Numbered from the stretch's first letter, positions 48,729-63,034 are shown. The stretch is 64,000 nucleotides of DNA from the human T2T-CHM13v2.0 reference genome, Homo sapiens (GCF_009914755.1 NC_060948.1); one strand, 5' to 3'. The notes: a model not told the origin generated them from the letters alone. Translations and numbers: made by a program.

Positions 48729-49189
48729 CTAGTATTTGTGGGAAAGTCAGTATCAAGCCCAACATTTAAGAACTCCATTTTATGTTAATATTTATGACAG
48801 TTCATTATGAAATATATGGCCACAGTTGCTAAGAAACAACATGTATAATTCTACATGTGATTTATAAGGGGCAGTCAGGTAAAGTGGTGACACATATTTG
48901 CAGTAAACAATACTTAGAAAAAAAGAAGGAAAAAGGATGGCCACATATAAATATGCAACATATTCCTCGTGTAAAGCAGACACTGTTTTAACATTAAAAA
49001 ATATTACTTCTTTAATCACACAGCACTGAGACTATTTCACTTAAATACTTATATGTCAAGGGAAATTATAGAAACCAACATTTTAAAGAGTCAAAGCCAA
49101 TAATTTTAGGTTTGCCAATACTGGTGGAAATAATACAGCAGCTGTGGCAGGCAGTGGGTTTACCAGAATTCCTTTGTTTTCTCACAACA

Positions 49190-49305
49190 CTCTTTCAAGG
49201 TAGGTACTGGTATCTCCTTCAACTTGAAGATGAGGAAACTGAGACACACAGTGATGAAATAATATTCCCAAAGTCATAAATCCAGTAATTGGTAGGGCCA
49301 GGATT
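49190..49305. mobile_element. MIR
   Basis: MIR core gatgaggaaactgagacaca...cccaaagtcata. Confidence 0.7.
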
Positions 49306-51478
49306 TATATTGAAAACTACATATATTCTTTTTTGTCTTTATTTTCTAGATTTTTAAAAATAAGCTATTAATGTAGAACATATACTCCACTTTATTTTCT
49401 TCAGCCTTATCTTTCCACCCACTCTACTACTCATTAGGACTTTCAAGTATAAACATAGGGTAGTAAAATGTGAAGTAACTTTTTAGTTCACTTAAATGAA
49501 GTGAATGTGGTTTTTTTTCACATTCGTAATTTCTTTATGCATACAATTAAAAACTCAGAGATCTGAACCCAAAGGTATGGCTATTAAAGCTTTTAACAGA
49601 GCCCACTTTCATTAGACTGTCTGGAGTTACCTCAATTGTAAAGGAGATCTCAACTATATATACATTAAGTAACAATAATGCAGTAACTCAGGCTGTTGGG
49701 AAGTATTAGCAAATTTAGGGACTGCCCAATAAATCAGCAGATATCAAAACAACATAAGTGATATAAGAGACCAAATATAATAGCAAGGTAATACCCTAAA
49801 ATTCTAAAGATAAATATCATTTAGAAATGTTTTCTTCTTTATTTATTACTCAAGGAAAACCCTAAGTAATTAACATATAAACATATATAGCCATTAACAT
49901 ATAAAATGTTTGAGTCTGGCTACCAGGTAATACAGAAAAAATTTGAAGCGTATACCTGCGCTTTAACAAAAGATATAAAGCACTTATATAGCTAATGTTC
50001 TCTTCCATGCAATATGCAAGAAAAAGTGTTCTTTTCTTTTTAGGATTATATCAGTAAAGTCGAGTAGCTGAAGAACCTGTTTCCTTAGAACTCATTAAAT
50101 TAACTGTTTATAATATTATATATGTTTTCATAGCTTCTGGTTAAATAAAACTGCCTCTCAAAATAAACTACCCATTATCAAAAGTATTCATGGAGGAGGG
50201 GTTTCAAGATTTACTGTGTAATTTACGGTTACTTGGATTTCTCTCTTACAGCAGCTAATATAATGCTTGGTTTAGTGGTAGATTGAGACAGATGATGATT
50301 ATTACACATCTTTCATGTAATTTTTAAAAAAGATTATTCACAGCTATGCTGTAAATTTCTGCAACCACATATATAGCTAGACACATACATATATTCCAAA
50401 TAAATTAGGTAAATGTATTTGTAACCAACTTTTAAAATACTGCTTGTTAAGAAAGTAAGGTTTGAAAACTTAATACTCTATGATTAGCACAAAAAAGTCA
50501 GTTCTCTATTCTACAAGAACAAGATAAAGATCAGGCTACCCAGCATTTACTGAGAAATTACTTGATAAAAATATTACTATATGTGAGATATAAATTCTCT
50601 TGAAAAATGGAAAAAATAAACATAGGTAAATTGGACATAGTCAGTGAGTGCCAAAGCAATTTTAACTCCAAAACCTATGTAGGCATTCTTTCCACAGTAT
50701 CATAGCAGCACTGGCAGGCATTGGATTTACCAGAATTATATGAACCAAAAGGGAATTCTGATTAAATGCTTTATTTCCTGATTAATTCCCTCATAATACA
50801 TTCCTGTATTATTCCTGTATGTTCCTAAAGTTAAAAGGAAAACAAATTTAGATTTGCCTCAGATTCACATGGGTAAGATTTTTCCAGTATTTTGTAACCT
50901 GCACTTTTCCTGAATCTTTACAAAGTTAGGCATTGAGCTAAATGTCTTGTATGTTAGGTTACATAATACTAACAAAACTCTCATGAGATTAATACTGTAC
51001 CATGCACATTTCATAGAATAAAACAAGTATAAAATTACCTTATTCAAGGACATGTCAGTGACATGTAAATTGTAGACGTAGGATTAAATTTTTCATCTGA
51101 CTCTAAAACCCAGTATCTAAAACTGCCCCCAAGCTATGCACTCCCTATACCCCTTCACTTTACTTTGGGCCTGGAAGTGGAAAAACCTGGGAATCACATT
51201 CAAATCTCTCATATTCCAAATATTGTTATCCACATAAATTAACAAATTTTGAAGCTGAATGGTATGAGAGTTCATTATATTATCCTAGAAATTTTATGTA
51301 TCTTTGAAATTCTCTGTAATAAAAAGTTAAAAATCAGTTAGTTGTGACGTGAATTTTAGCTCAATGAAATAAATAAATTATGGCTCAGCATGGTAGTGTC
51401 CTCAAAAAACTCTCATTTTCTTTTCTATTGTCTGAAGAAATCTCATAAGTAAAAGCTCTGATACAAATCCTATTTTCA

Positions 51479-51760
51479 GGCCACACATGCTGGCTCACAC
51501 CTAAATAGTCCCAGAGCTTTTGGAGGATCATGTGAAGCCAGGAGTTGAAGACCAGCCAAAGTAACAGAATGACACCACATTTTTACAAAAATAGATAAAT
51601 AAAAAATAAATAAAAATAAAAACATATGGTAGTCCTAGCTACTTAGGAGGCTGAGGTAGAAGGACTGCTTAAGCCTAGGAGTTCAAGGCTGCAGCATGAT
51701 ATGATTACACCACTATACTCTGGTCTGGTCAACAGAGAGAGATCCTATCTCTAAGACATA
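51479..51760 (+). mobile_element. AluJ-like
   Basis: Degenerate Alu with gagttcaaggctgcag. Confidence 0.8.
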
Positions 51761-52164
51761 TAAATAAAATATGAATATAAATATATATATAAAATATAAA
51801 AATATAAGTACTGTTTTCATAGTTTTGAAGCACTAACCCATTGTGCATCAGATAGCTTCCTACTACCAACAAAAAGTTCAGTAGGGTCATATTTGGCAGA
51901 AATTTTCATATAGTAAGTGCTTGCCATTAACAAAAAAATTTCATAGGATTATTTTAAAATAAGTGAGTTCTGGGCTAAGAAAATTCGTTTATACAGGTAC
52001 ATAATGGACTGAAAGTATTCAGTGTACACAGGTGGATTACCAAACTGGTTATATACTTCAATGTCTTCCCTAATGAAACAACTGAATTAAGATTTCAAAT
52101 GGAGAAAAAAAGAAGAGTTGATTTACATTAACACTGCCTTTCATTTATATTTAAAGATGTCTTT

Positions 52165-52465
52165 CAGTCAGGTATGGTGGCTCAGGCCTGCAATCCCAGC
52201 ACTTTGGGAGGCTGAGGCAAGCAGTTCACTTGAACCCAGGAGTTTGAGATCAGCCTCGCCAACATGGTGAAACCCCAACTCTACTAAAAATACAAAAATT
52301 TGCTGGGCATGGTGGCACATCCCTTCAATCCCAGCTACTCAGGTGGCTGAAGCACAAGAATCACTTCAACCTAGGAGGCTGAGGTTGCAGTGAGCTGAGA
52401 TTGCACCACTTCACACTAGCCTGGGTGACAGAGAAAGGCTGTCTCAAAAACCAAACAAACAAAAA
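52165..52465 (+). mobile_element. AluS
   Basis: Dimeric Alu; TSD aaagat(gt/ac)ctttca. Confidence 0.9.
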
Positions 52466-53552
52466 GATACCTTTCATTTGAAGACAGTTCTAATTTTACA
52501 ACTGTTAATGATATCAACGTTTTAAATTTAGTTACTATTAGAAATGGTGTTTTTATATTGTTGAAGATGCCTGTACTCAAATCTGTTTCTAAAAAACTTC
52601 TGATTCTCTACTGGCAATACAATAAAGTCCTAAAACCTCAAATTAGGCATATTAATCTTTGTTAAGACATTGAAAAATCTTACTTTTGAGCCAGGGAATC
52701 ATATTCACTGCTTTCTGAAATTCAGTATGTTTTGATTTCAAGTCACTAGCTCACACCTTTTTCCCTACCAAAAATGCCTTCGCCTTTTCTTCTTCCTATT
52801 GCAATACTGTCTACAGTTGAGGGCAGTGGTTCCTAACCTCTTCCTCTTGCCCAATGCCTTTCATTTAATAGCCTTAGGAAAATCAGATGAAAGTTACAAA
52901 CCCATGTCACATTCAAACACAAAATTTTGCGTGTAATTTCACAGAATTCATAGGTCCCCTCTGAAGCCATGAATCTCAGTTCAAATTTTCTAAATGAAGA
53001 CTTAACTGCATATTGCAGACATACCACAAAAGGCCTGATGTATATGCCCATTTCTCTAAAGTTATGAAGACCACGAGAGGAGAGAGATAAGGACAGAAAT
53101 GGAGAGAGGGCATGTATAAGCAGACAGATTACTTTGAGGAAGGTCCCTGAAAAAAAGTAGAGGTTAAGGTGAGATGTGAAGAAAGAATAAACAGGATTTA
53201 TACATGCAGGGATGTAGGCTTAGGGCATTATGCCAAGGGAATAATATAAGAGAGTGAAAAAATGATTGGATGATAAACATTCATCTAGCTGATATGATAG
53301 TTTATCAACATAAATGAGTATACATAGCTCTTACCATATTGTATTATAATTATCTGTTGATGCATCTATTTTTCCTACTAGCAGATATGCTATAAGCACT
53401 TAGCACAGTACCTCATTCAAAAACTGTATGCAAAAATCTTAGTTGAGTAAATGTTGAAAGGTGAAATAGTAGGTTCAATCACAGAAATCTTGTGATGTAA
53501 AGATTTTAAGAAGTATTTACAAAATTACGAGTTGCTTAAGAACTTAAACTTC

Positions 53553-53861
<309 letters not shown>

Positions 53862-54060
53862 TTAAAATTCATGAGTATCAACCAACACATAAAATATATA
53901 TCCCCCTAATATTTTCATTAGACTAATTCCTCTTAGAAATCTTAACAATACTCTAAAATTCAGTTTTTAAAATTACTTACATTAAATAAAATTCAGAAGC
54001 ATTAAAAATAGTTTATGGCTAATACATCTTTCAAATTCATACTGGTCTCTTTCTAACTCC

Positions 54061-54412
<352 letters not shown>

Positions 54413-54659
54413 TCAGTCTTCATTTTTATTTTGAATGAAAGAAATTTATAAAAATAATATGTTGTATTTTATTATATGTGTCAGTATATGAAGACACTAA
54501 TGAGCCTAGAATCACTCTTTTGCAAAATAGGCCATTGAATTATTCTAACAAAAGGCATTGTTTTCAAACACTATGCAGGAAGTAAATACTAAAAAATGAA
54601 ATTGCCTAGACAGTTAATATCCTCATGTCCCTTCTAATACATTCTGACAAATCACTTAC

Positions 54660-54820
54660 CATTGGGATCACAGTAGTGCAGCTGACCCTTATTAGCCATC
54701 TGTGCATCACGTCATGTTCCATATCATTAACTTCAGCCTTTAATAGCTCTAGCTCCCCTTTCTCAAGTTGCAGCTGCTTTGCTAACCTCTCCATCCTTGC
54801 TCGTTGATGTAACAGCAAGG
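54660..54820 (-). pseudogene. TAB3P1: TAB3 pseudo-exon (coiled coil), 161 bp
   Basis: ALLLHQRARMERLAKQLQLEKGELELLKAEVNDMEHDVMHRWLIRVSCTTVIPM; AG acceptor, gtaagt donor. Confidence 0.95.
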
Positions 54821-55539
54821 CTATATATATATATATATATATAAGCATTAAAGATAGGGCCATTGCAGAGAATAACACTGAAAAATCTACCTGGAAATTT
54901 ATGTATAAAATAATCATAAGAAATCCTATCATCTAACTTTAATTGGCATTTCCTCACATTTCTTTCAAGTTTTATTCCACTTATATGGGATAGAACTAGA
55001 CAGACCAAAATGTAACTGCTGCATCTATACATCCATGTAGTTATGTGATATTTTCAATCAGATTCTTTCAAACTGTAAGTGTGTGTGTTTTAAAAAGGCC
55101 CAATATCACACATAGTAGCATGTTCATTCTAATTCCAATTCTATGTTATAATTATCATTACCCCTTTCAGTACTTTTTCACTCCAAAGTTTAAATTCTTT
55201 CACTTTGATGAAGATTAGCATCCCTCTAAAAATCTATTTTCCCCTCTCTGAAGTCTGTACTTTTGACGATATACATTTTACTTATTGACATCTTTCTCTC
55301 ATTATCCTCAGAAGTATTTTAGGTCTTCTCATGCCGGTTTTTCATAAGAAAAATGTACAGGACTTTGTATGTAAGTAAATTTGTAGATGACTCTGAAGGA
55401 CTTGCCTTATCCTTATAAATTACATTGTTCAACATTTAATAAATATTAAACTTAATAGTGAATATAAATTACTTTATTTTGAATAAGAATTTAACTTTTC
55501 ACCTCAAAGATTGAATTTCATAAAACAATTAAAATTCAC

Positions 55540-56918
55540 CTTGTACATAGGCATAGTCATCTGATCCAGAACTAGAACGCTGATATTTATGACTTACCTT
55601 TTTTCCTCCAGGACCTGGAGTCACTAAAATTGGCTGAACGGGTTCTGGCGCTGCCAACTATTCATCTTGGTCCATGAAATTTAAAAGATTTTCAGTTGTT
55701 GCTCCACCTACAGTAATTTTTAAAACTGCAGATAGATGTGGTATTATCTGAGGAGACTGTGATAGGGCACATGAAGGTCCACTTCGTTGTGTATATGTAA
55801 TATGCATGGGATTCACATTCATTGAAGGCTTTGATTGACTATACATTCCCCTTGAAGAACTTCAAGGTGTTACAGTGCCTGCATAGAGAGAACGCCAATT
55901 ACATGGGGAAAGTTGATTACTGATGGGTGAAGGACAGCTATTAATTACTGTTCCAGGTCTTTGAGAAGGTTAAACCATAATTTCTGTCTTTTTCATGAAT
56001 CCTCTGTGCAAGCTAGATGTTGTGTATTGGATATATGCTACTGAATGATTTCACTGTTTCTGACAGCCAGGAGGTCCTGATTAGGTGGCACAAAGATGTG
56101 ACTACTTGGGTGGCCCAACTGGGAAGGCTGTACTTGATGATGAGGAAAGCTGAAGGGTGAAGAACATTGAGACCTAGGTGGTGACTGGTAAGCTGACTGA
56201 GAAATCTGCTGTTTGGGAGAATACTGAGATGTCTGGTAGTTCTGTTGATGTGGATAAACAGGTAAAGGATGCTGGCTATAATGAGGCAGTGGCCCTGTAG
56301 TGAGGACTACCATGGCATACTGTAACAGGTGTGCCTCACACAAATAGAAGCAGGAGAACCATTGTATTGCTTGGAATTTGTAAACCTCTTGGTACCGTCT
56401 GTTAAGAAGCAAGGTTTTGAGATACTGTAATGGTAACAGGATTTGTACTATACTGAGGAATGTGCACAAATGAAGGAGGAGGTGGTGATGGTAGTGCACA
56501 CCCTTGCATAGCAGACAGATTCATTTCCATTTGCATGGAAAATGACTGTTGAGGTGGCTGTGAAGAAGGAATACCTGCATTGCTGTGCTGTTCAATCATA
56601 AAAATTAAATTATAGTTGCAAGTGGCAGTCACAACAGCTGGAAATGAGTGTGGTTCTTGAACTAAATATATAAGCTGTTTTACTTACTCTTTGGTGTAGA
56701 TCAATATGCCCATCACTTGAGCTATGTACCAGCGTTTGTCCACTATTAAGTTGAGCTCCATCTCCTGGGTGATAACTACGAGAAGACTGAATACCCAAGT
56801 TAATACACAAATGGTGATTTCTATTCATCTTGTTATCTGGACTATGGTATTCCAAATATAAATATTTGTTACTCTCCTGGGAAAGGGCTTGGCAACAGGC
56901 ATCAAGATTATTACTGGT
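55540..56918 (-). pseudogene. TAB3P1: TAB3 pseudo-exon (large Pro/Ser-rich exon)
   Basis: Acceptor ttttcccgcccAG; TSNNLDACCQALSQESNKYLYLEYHSPD...HSSSDGHID...LKITVGGATTENLLN...DDYAYVQ; donor G|gtgaat; homology spread over several frames. Confidence 0.92.
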
Positions 56919-57726
56919 CTGGGCGGGAAAAATGATGAAAGTTAACACTAAAAAAACTGAAAATAGTGAAAATCACTCTTTGACTGACAGAAAAATTCAG
57001 TCATCTTAGAGTAAATAAAAATACTGGTTTAATCATAAAAAACTTCAAACTCAGTTATCCTGTAAAAGATATCAAAGTATTCACACACTTTACAAACACT
57101 TAGCTTACATTAGTTTACTTGTATAGTAGATTTATATTACATTACACTACTGCTAGAGAAATGTTACAAACTCTGGAAAAACTGCTAATAAATAGTCACT
57201 CAACAACTTTTCTGATTCCAGGTGTAAGACTAATTTTATATTTGTTACATCTCTATAAACAGAAATACTGAAGTAATCTTAGATTCACCACAATTGCTAC
57301 ATTATATAAATAACATCCTTTATTAATATTTAAACTAATAAACATAAAAATTACCATGCTTTAGTTTTCAAAAACCCTAAAGGAAAAAAGATTACAATGA
57401 AATCCCAAGTAAAAACATTCAAAATTCTAAAGCAATCTTCACTTTTTAAAACTACATTTACCCCACTACCTAAATTCAGTTGTCTTCATATTTACAACAG
57501 ATTTAAGCTAAGCAAAACAATCAACGACAAAAATAAAATCAATATTTTTGTCAACTCTGCCACAATTAGAGCAATTTAGCAGTAAAACTTATCTCTATTA
57601 TTTTAACATAACTCATTCATCTGGAGTTTTGAATTTTTCTTTCCCATTGATAAATGGCTTGGTATTCTTTCAAAATCATTTACTAACTTGAATTGTTTTA
57701 GATTATCCATTTAGAACAATTCATCA

Positions 57727-58284
57727 TGTTGGATATAAAAATGCTCTAGAAATAAATGCTTAGTGCGGCAAAGTGAAACCAGAACCCAGGCAAAAGTTTT
57801 CTCATCAAGGCAATTTACTTCTGCAGAAGGGTGCCACTCACATCAATCAAGATAGCAAGAGCACAGGGAACAAAGGAGAACGGGGTTTTTTTTTATCTCT
57901 GATGCATGGTCCTTACCTCTGTGTCACTTCCCCATGGCCTGGGGTCGGACTGCACAATCTGAGCTGACCCACTTTGACCCAATCTGACCAATCTGACCAA
58001 GCTGACCCAATCTGAGCTGCAAATATTTTTCTAAATATGGAAGGAAAGAGGGACATTGGGAACAATGGTGAAGAGTGTGAGATGTGCAGTTTTGGGGAAA
58101 CAATGGATGCAGGTAACCAAGGGAACAAATGTGAGTTACTGATTAGAGCTGACAGGAAGTGGGTAGGCTTTTTAAAGTAACTAGGAGGCATGTAGAACAC
58201 AAAAGTTAGGTTTGGGAACAAAGAAAAAGGCACTTAGCAGTCTAAACCTTTGAAGAGAAACTCAGAAATTCGTTGTATCTTACA
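57727..58284 (-). mobile_element. Solo LTR, LTR10 (HERV-I) family
   Basis: TG...CA termini; minus-strand start TGTAAGATACAACGAATTTCTGAGTTTCTCTTCAAAG resembles the LTR10 at 62277; 4-bp TSD atca at 57723-57726 and 58285-58288. Confidence 0.8.
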
Positions 58285-58344
58285 ATCATAGCAAGGCAAA
58301 ATATTTCATGATTTGTGTGTGTGTTTCATGATTAAGGGAGTGGG

Positions 58345-58486
58345 TGTGAGGGCTCCCTCTGTTGCCCAAGCTAGAGTGCAATGGTACAACATAGCTCCCT
58401 GCAGGCTCAAACTCCTGGGCTCAAGTGATCCTCGTAACTGAGCCTTCTGAGTTGCTAGGATTACAGGTGTGGGCATTAGGCCTGGC
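58345..58486 (-). mobile_element. FLAM / Alu monomer
   Basis: Single Alu arm in reverse orientation. Confidence 0.75.
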
Positions 58487-58978
58487 TCCAAAATATTAGA
58501 AATTTTGTGCAACAAAAGTCACAAGGAAAACTTCTCCATTCAAGAATTTAAGAACTCTTATAAAATGTTTTCTACTAAAATGAGAAATCTGAACTATTTT
58601 ATTAATCTTAGAATGTTTACTTCTCATCATTTATTTGCATGATTTTCAAATGACACAAGAGAAAACTATCATATTTCTTAAATTGCAACAACTACTTTTT
58701 TCTAGGATGAAACATTTTGATGCCCTAAGGGATCACCTACTCTATTTCACATTTACACATGCAGAAAGACATATGTAGAAATATACATAGTTTGGCTACA
58801 GGCACTTAATTAACTGGATAGTTTCCTGACTCCCAGTATCCTTTCCATTATAATACAGTAATTGTCAAAGACAATGTTAGGTCAAAAGTAAAGTACTATA
58901 CTGGGGGAAGTAAAAGAAGGGTAAGTCATATAAACCTTTGCAAAATATATTCTCTGAAAGCTCAAGAGCTGATTTGGT

Positions 58979-59693
58979 GGCTGGGTGTAGTGGCTCATGT
59001 CTGTAATTCCAGAACTTTGGGAGGCTGAGGCGGGTGGATCCCGAGGTCAGGAGATTGAGACCATCCTGGCCAACATGGTGAAACCACATCTCTACTAAAA
59101 ATATAAAAATTAGCTGGGCATAGTGCCACGTGCTGATGCATGCCTGTATTCCCAGCTACTCAAGAGGCTGAGGTAGGAGAATTGCTTGAACCTTGGTGTC
59201 ACGTGCATCTGTATGAAGAGACCACTGAACAGACTTTGTGTGAGCAATAAAGCTTTTTAATCACTTGGGTGCAGGCAGACTGAGGCTAAAAAAGGAGTCA
59301 GCAAAGGGAGATGGGGTAGGGCAGTCTTATAGGGTAGGTAGTGGAAAATTACAGTCAAAGGGGTTTTTCCTCTTGCGGTCAGGGGCAGAGGCTACAAGGT
59401 GCTCATTGGGGAGCTTCTGATACTCATTGTCCAGGATAAGGTCAATTGATCAGTTAGAGTGGGGCAGGAACAAATCACAATGGTGGAATGTCATCAGTTA
59501 AGGCAGTAACTGGCCATTTTCACTTCTTTTGTGGTTCTTCAGTTCTTCAGGCCATCAGGATGTATACGCACAGGCTTGGGCTCAGAGGCCTGACAGTGGG
59601 AGGTGGAGGTTGCAGTGAGCTGAGATTGCACCACTGCACTCCAGCCCGGCAATAGAGTGAGATTCTGCCTCCCAGAAAAAAAAAAAAAAAAAA
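58979..59693 (+). mobile_element. AluS interrupted by an LTR7
   Basis: Alu breaks at gaaccttgg| and resumes at |gtgggaggtggaggttgcag. Confidence 0.9.
59197..59595 (-). mobile_element. HERV-H solo LTR (LTR7 family)
   Basis: Minus strand starts TGTCAGGCCTCTGAGCCCAAGCC and ends ...GTGACA; degenerate TSD cttgg/gtggg. Confidence 0.92.
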
Positions 59694-61239
59694 GAATTTG
59701 TCAGAACTTCAAAACAATATATATTTTTCCTATAATGCTTCTGTCACTGAGTACTTTTAAAATACTTTCTAAATAACAGGGAAAAGTATTAGTTGAAGTT
59801 TAAGAAGAATATAATCATAATTCAAAGATCTGTTTTTTTCTTAATCCTTTTGAAAACCATACTAATAAAAGAAGAAAAATTAGACATTAAAAAGAAAATT
59901 TAGCTTCAAAGGATTCAAGTTAATTCTCAACAAAAAATTGTCACTGTAAGAAATCCAAAGGAAAACACATCTAATTAGGAAACTACTAAAATATGAGTTT
60001 CATTTAAAACCTAAGTCAATTCTGGAAGCATTATTAAGTAATATACTTATTAATAAGCATGTATTTTAATTTTTGTCAATGAATTGATGATCTAAATAAT
60101 AATATTGCAAAAAAGAGACAAAATTTACATCTGTCAGCCTATTCAATATGTATCTGTAAAGTAATAAATTATTTTTTCCCAGAAAGAAAATTTGAAAATA
60201 TATTTTCAAGATATTTAAATACCATCTGTATGAAAGTGTTGTAAAAGAAAAACAAATCACAGTAAATCCAGTAAGTCTACAATAAACTGCTAAACTTAAA
60301 AAGACTGCATCCTTTTTTTAAAATGGATAATCAATTTATTAAAAAAAGTAAAAAACAAAAAAATTATTTAGGTTGGTAAAGAGTTGAAGGTTATTATGAA
60401 AAATAACAGTCTTCAAAATAATTCTAGATTAGAAAACAAAAGCTCAGAAAGGCATTAAGACTTATATATTAAATGTAAGCTATTGAATCTTATATATTTT
60501 TTGGAAATAGAGAAACTTCCCCAAGCAAATAGGTGCTAAGTCTCCAAGTTAATACACTCTGTTAATCCCAGGGAGGGGAAAAGATTAACAACTTAGGACA
60601 CTATTTGAATGCAATAAATTATCATGATATGTTTACAGAGTTATATTTAAAATCCCATTCCTTTAGTTTGGTTAAGTGAGATGAAAACTCTGGGCCGTGA
60701 AAAAGTTGTTGACCACAATGGTCTAAATAATAATAAAAACTCAAAAGTATTTCATGCCCTAGGACAGGAGGAAAGTGATTGCAAGGAGAGTAGGTTAAAT
60801 GAGAAACCCCACTTATGCTTAGTTTCACTCCACCATGATCCTTTGTTCTTTCAGAGACCAAACCATGTACAAAGTAATGGCTGAGATTCAGATTGGGGAT
60901 TTAAAAAAAGGCATATTAACACAAAAACTGTAAGTCCAAGGTCTAGACCTAGTATAAAGGCTTGCAAAATAGTGAAAGGTTTATGTTAGATCCTGAGTTG
61001 CTCATACTACAGTAAGGTTAAGTTTTAAGATGACAACTGTCTGTGTGTAAGGAAAATAAGTAGGTAAAAGTTCAAATCACAAGATTTTTTAAAAAAATCC
61101 TTGAAAAAGAGATTGTTGTCTCTTTTAGTGAGAGCACAAATTCTGTTCCACAGATTAACTATTTGAGTGAATGAAAATAAGCAAAGAGAAAGCAGGCTTA
61201 GGGTCATATATTAAAAAGTATTTATCTTTCCCATAACAG

Positions 61240-61825
61240 TGTGGAGGAATATATCTTGGGCCCCTTCAAGCTGGGAACCGCTCAGGGCAAATCTGCCTCC
61301 CATTCTATTCAAAGTTATCTCTCTGCTCAGAGAGACAGATGCATTTCTGATTGCCTCCTTTAGAAAGACTTAACAGAAACTCAAAAGATGTGTAGCCATC
61401 TATCTGTCTCACATCTACCTGTGACCTGCAAGCTCCCAATGGTGGGAGGGAGGGGAAGTACATGGAAGCGGGGGAAGGGGCAGGGGGCTTGCTTTGCGTT
61501 ATCTCTGCCTTTCTGGACAGAACTAATGTTTATATTATATTATATTATATTATATTATATTATTTTATATTATATTATATTATATTATATTATATTATAT
61601 TATATTATATTATATTATTTTATATTATATTATATTATATTATATTATATTATATTATATTAATGCCTTATGTCTCCCTAAAATGTATAAAACCAAGCCA
61701 TGCTGTGACCACCCTGGCACATGTCTTCAGGACTTCCTGAAGTTGTAGCACAGGCATGTCCTCAACCTCAGCAAAATAAAATTTCTAAATTAACTGAGAC
61801 CTATCTCGAATTTTGGGGGTTCACA
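61240..61825 (+). mobile_element. MER4A-family LTR
   Basis: caagctgggaaccgctcagggcaaatctgcctcccattctattcaaag; AATAAA near the 3' end; ends ttcaCA. Confidence 0.8.
61531..61662. repeat. (TATAT)n pentanucleotide microsatellite, ~26 units
   Basis: Near-perfect run with two TATTT variant units. Confidence 0.97.
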
Positions 61826-62309
61826 TTTTTAGTACACAAAGGGATTGTGAGTGGAGATGCCCCTGATCTTTGACAAATCTCCTATTGGTGCTTGGAACCA
61901 GCTTGAGCTAACTTTATGGCTGAAACAAATAGGACAATTTGGTGAGGTCTGATTCCAGAGAGTCCCTGAGCTCCCAAAATCTGATGAAGATTTTGCTGTA
62001 CAACTCCACTTTTGTTTTTTTTTTTTTGTTTTTTTTTGGAGTTTTACTTGCTTCCAACACAAGGAAGGTGTTTTTTTTCCTGCTTCTATGATGATGGAAG
62101 GCAGGTGATTCCTTTATGGAGTTTGAGCTCCATTCCAAAAAGAAAGATGAGTTTGGATTTTTTTCCTGCTTCTAGGATGGTAGAGAGCCGTCTACAGCCT
62201 GAGACCCATCACTAGGTAAAAAAACCAGTTTGGGATTCTGTCTTGCAAATTATTTTTAAGCAACTCAAGTTAGCATTATTAGATATGAGTTCTAAATTTC
62301 TTTTCAAAG

Positions 62310-62957
62310 TATAGCAGGACCAGTCACAGACAAAACCTCTCAGACACCAGTTTTATGAAGGAAGGGGCTTTAATCAGCTGGGAGCATCAGTAGACTCGCA
62401 TCTCAAGGTCTGAGCTCTCTGAAGTAAAGATTCCTCTCTCATTTAAGGGCTTACATCCCTAAGGGGTCCACATGAAAGGGTCTGCAAGTAGGGGCTATGT
62501 GACTGAGGGCTACGTGCATCAGTGATGGGGGCTAGCAAAACAGAACAGAACAGAAAGTTTCACAATGCTTCCTCATACAATGTCTGGAATCTATAGATAA
62601 CACAGTGGTTAGGTCAGGAGTTAATCTTTAACTACCATGCCTGGTTTTTGGTGCCAAGCCCTCTGTCTATTGATCCCACTTCTGCTTCTTTTTAACTTTT
62701 TGCTTCCTTTTTGAAACAGGAGACAATGGGACAGGTGGTCTCCTTCCTTATTTTCCCCCTTTGAGTATCTCACTTATTAGTGGGAATTCTGACTTTCATC
62801 TTCACTATCTAGGTCTTTCTGTGAGACAGATCAATAGTGATTCATGTAATACACTTGTGCTGAAGTATTTTGGTGAACTAAAATAGTGAAAAATCTTCTC
62901 ATTATTTGAAGGAGCAAAGGCAGCAAGCAGGGGAGCAACAAGTAGGTTCCTATTATT
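62310..62957 (-). mobile_element. LTR2B-like LTR (62310-62750) with PPT and ~200 bp of proviral 3' internal sequence
   Basis: tagcaggac...cagacaaaacctctcagacacc is the reversed LTR2-family 3' end; PPT aaagggggaaaa on the minus strand just beyond 62750. Confidence 0.8.
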
Positions 62958-63034
62958 AAAGCATCCATATGTCAGTATGTTTAATTCTTTGCCTTCTACT
63001 TTAAAACTTAACTTCCTCATAAAGCAACCTTTTT

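Noticed and set aside
61388-61740. Tyr/Ile/Leu-repeat ORFs
   Set aside because: Translation of the (TATAT)n microsatellite.
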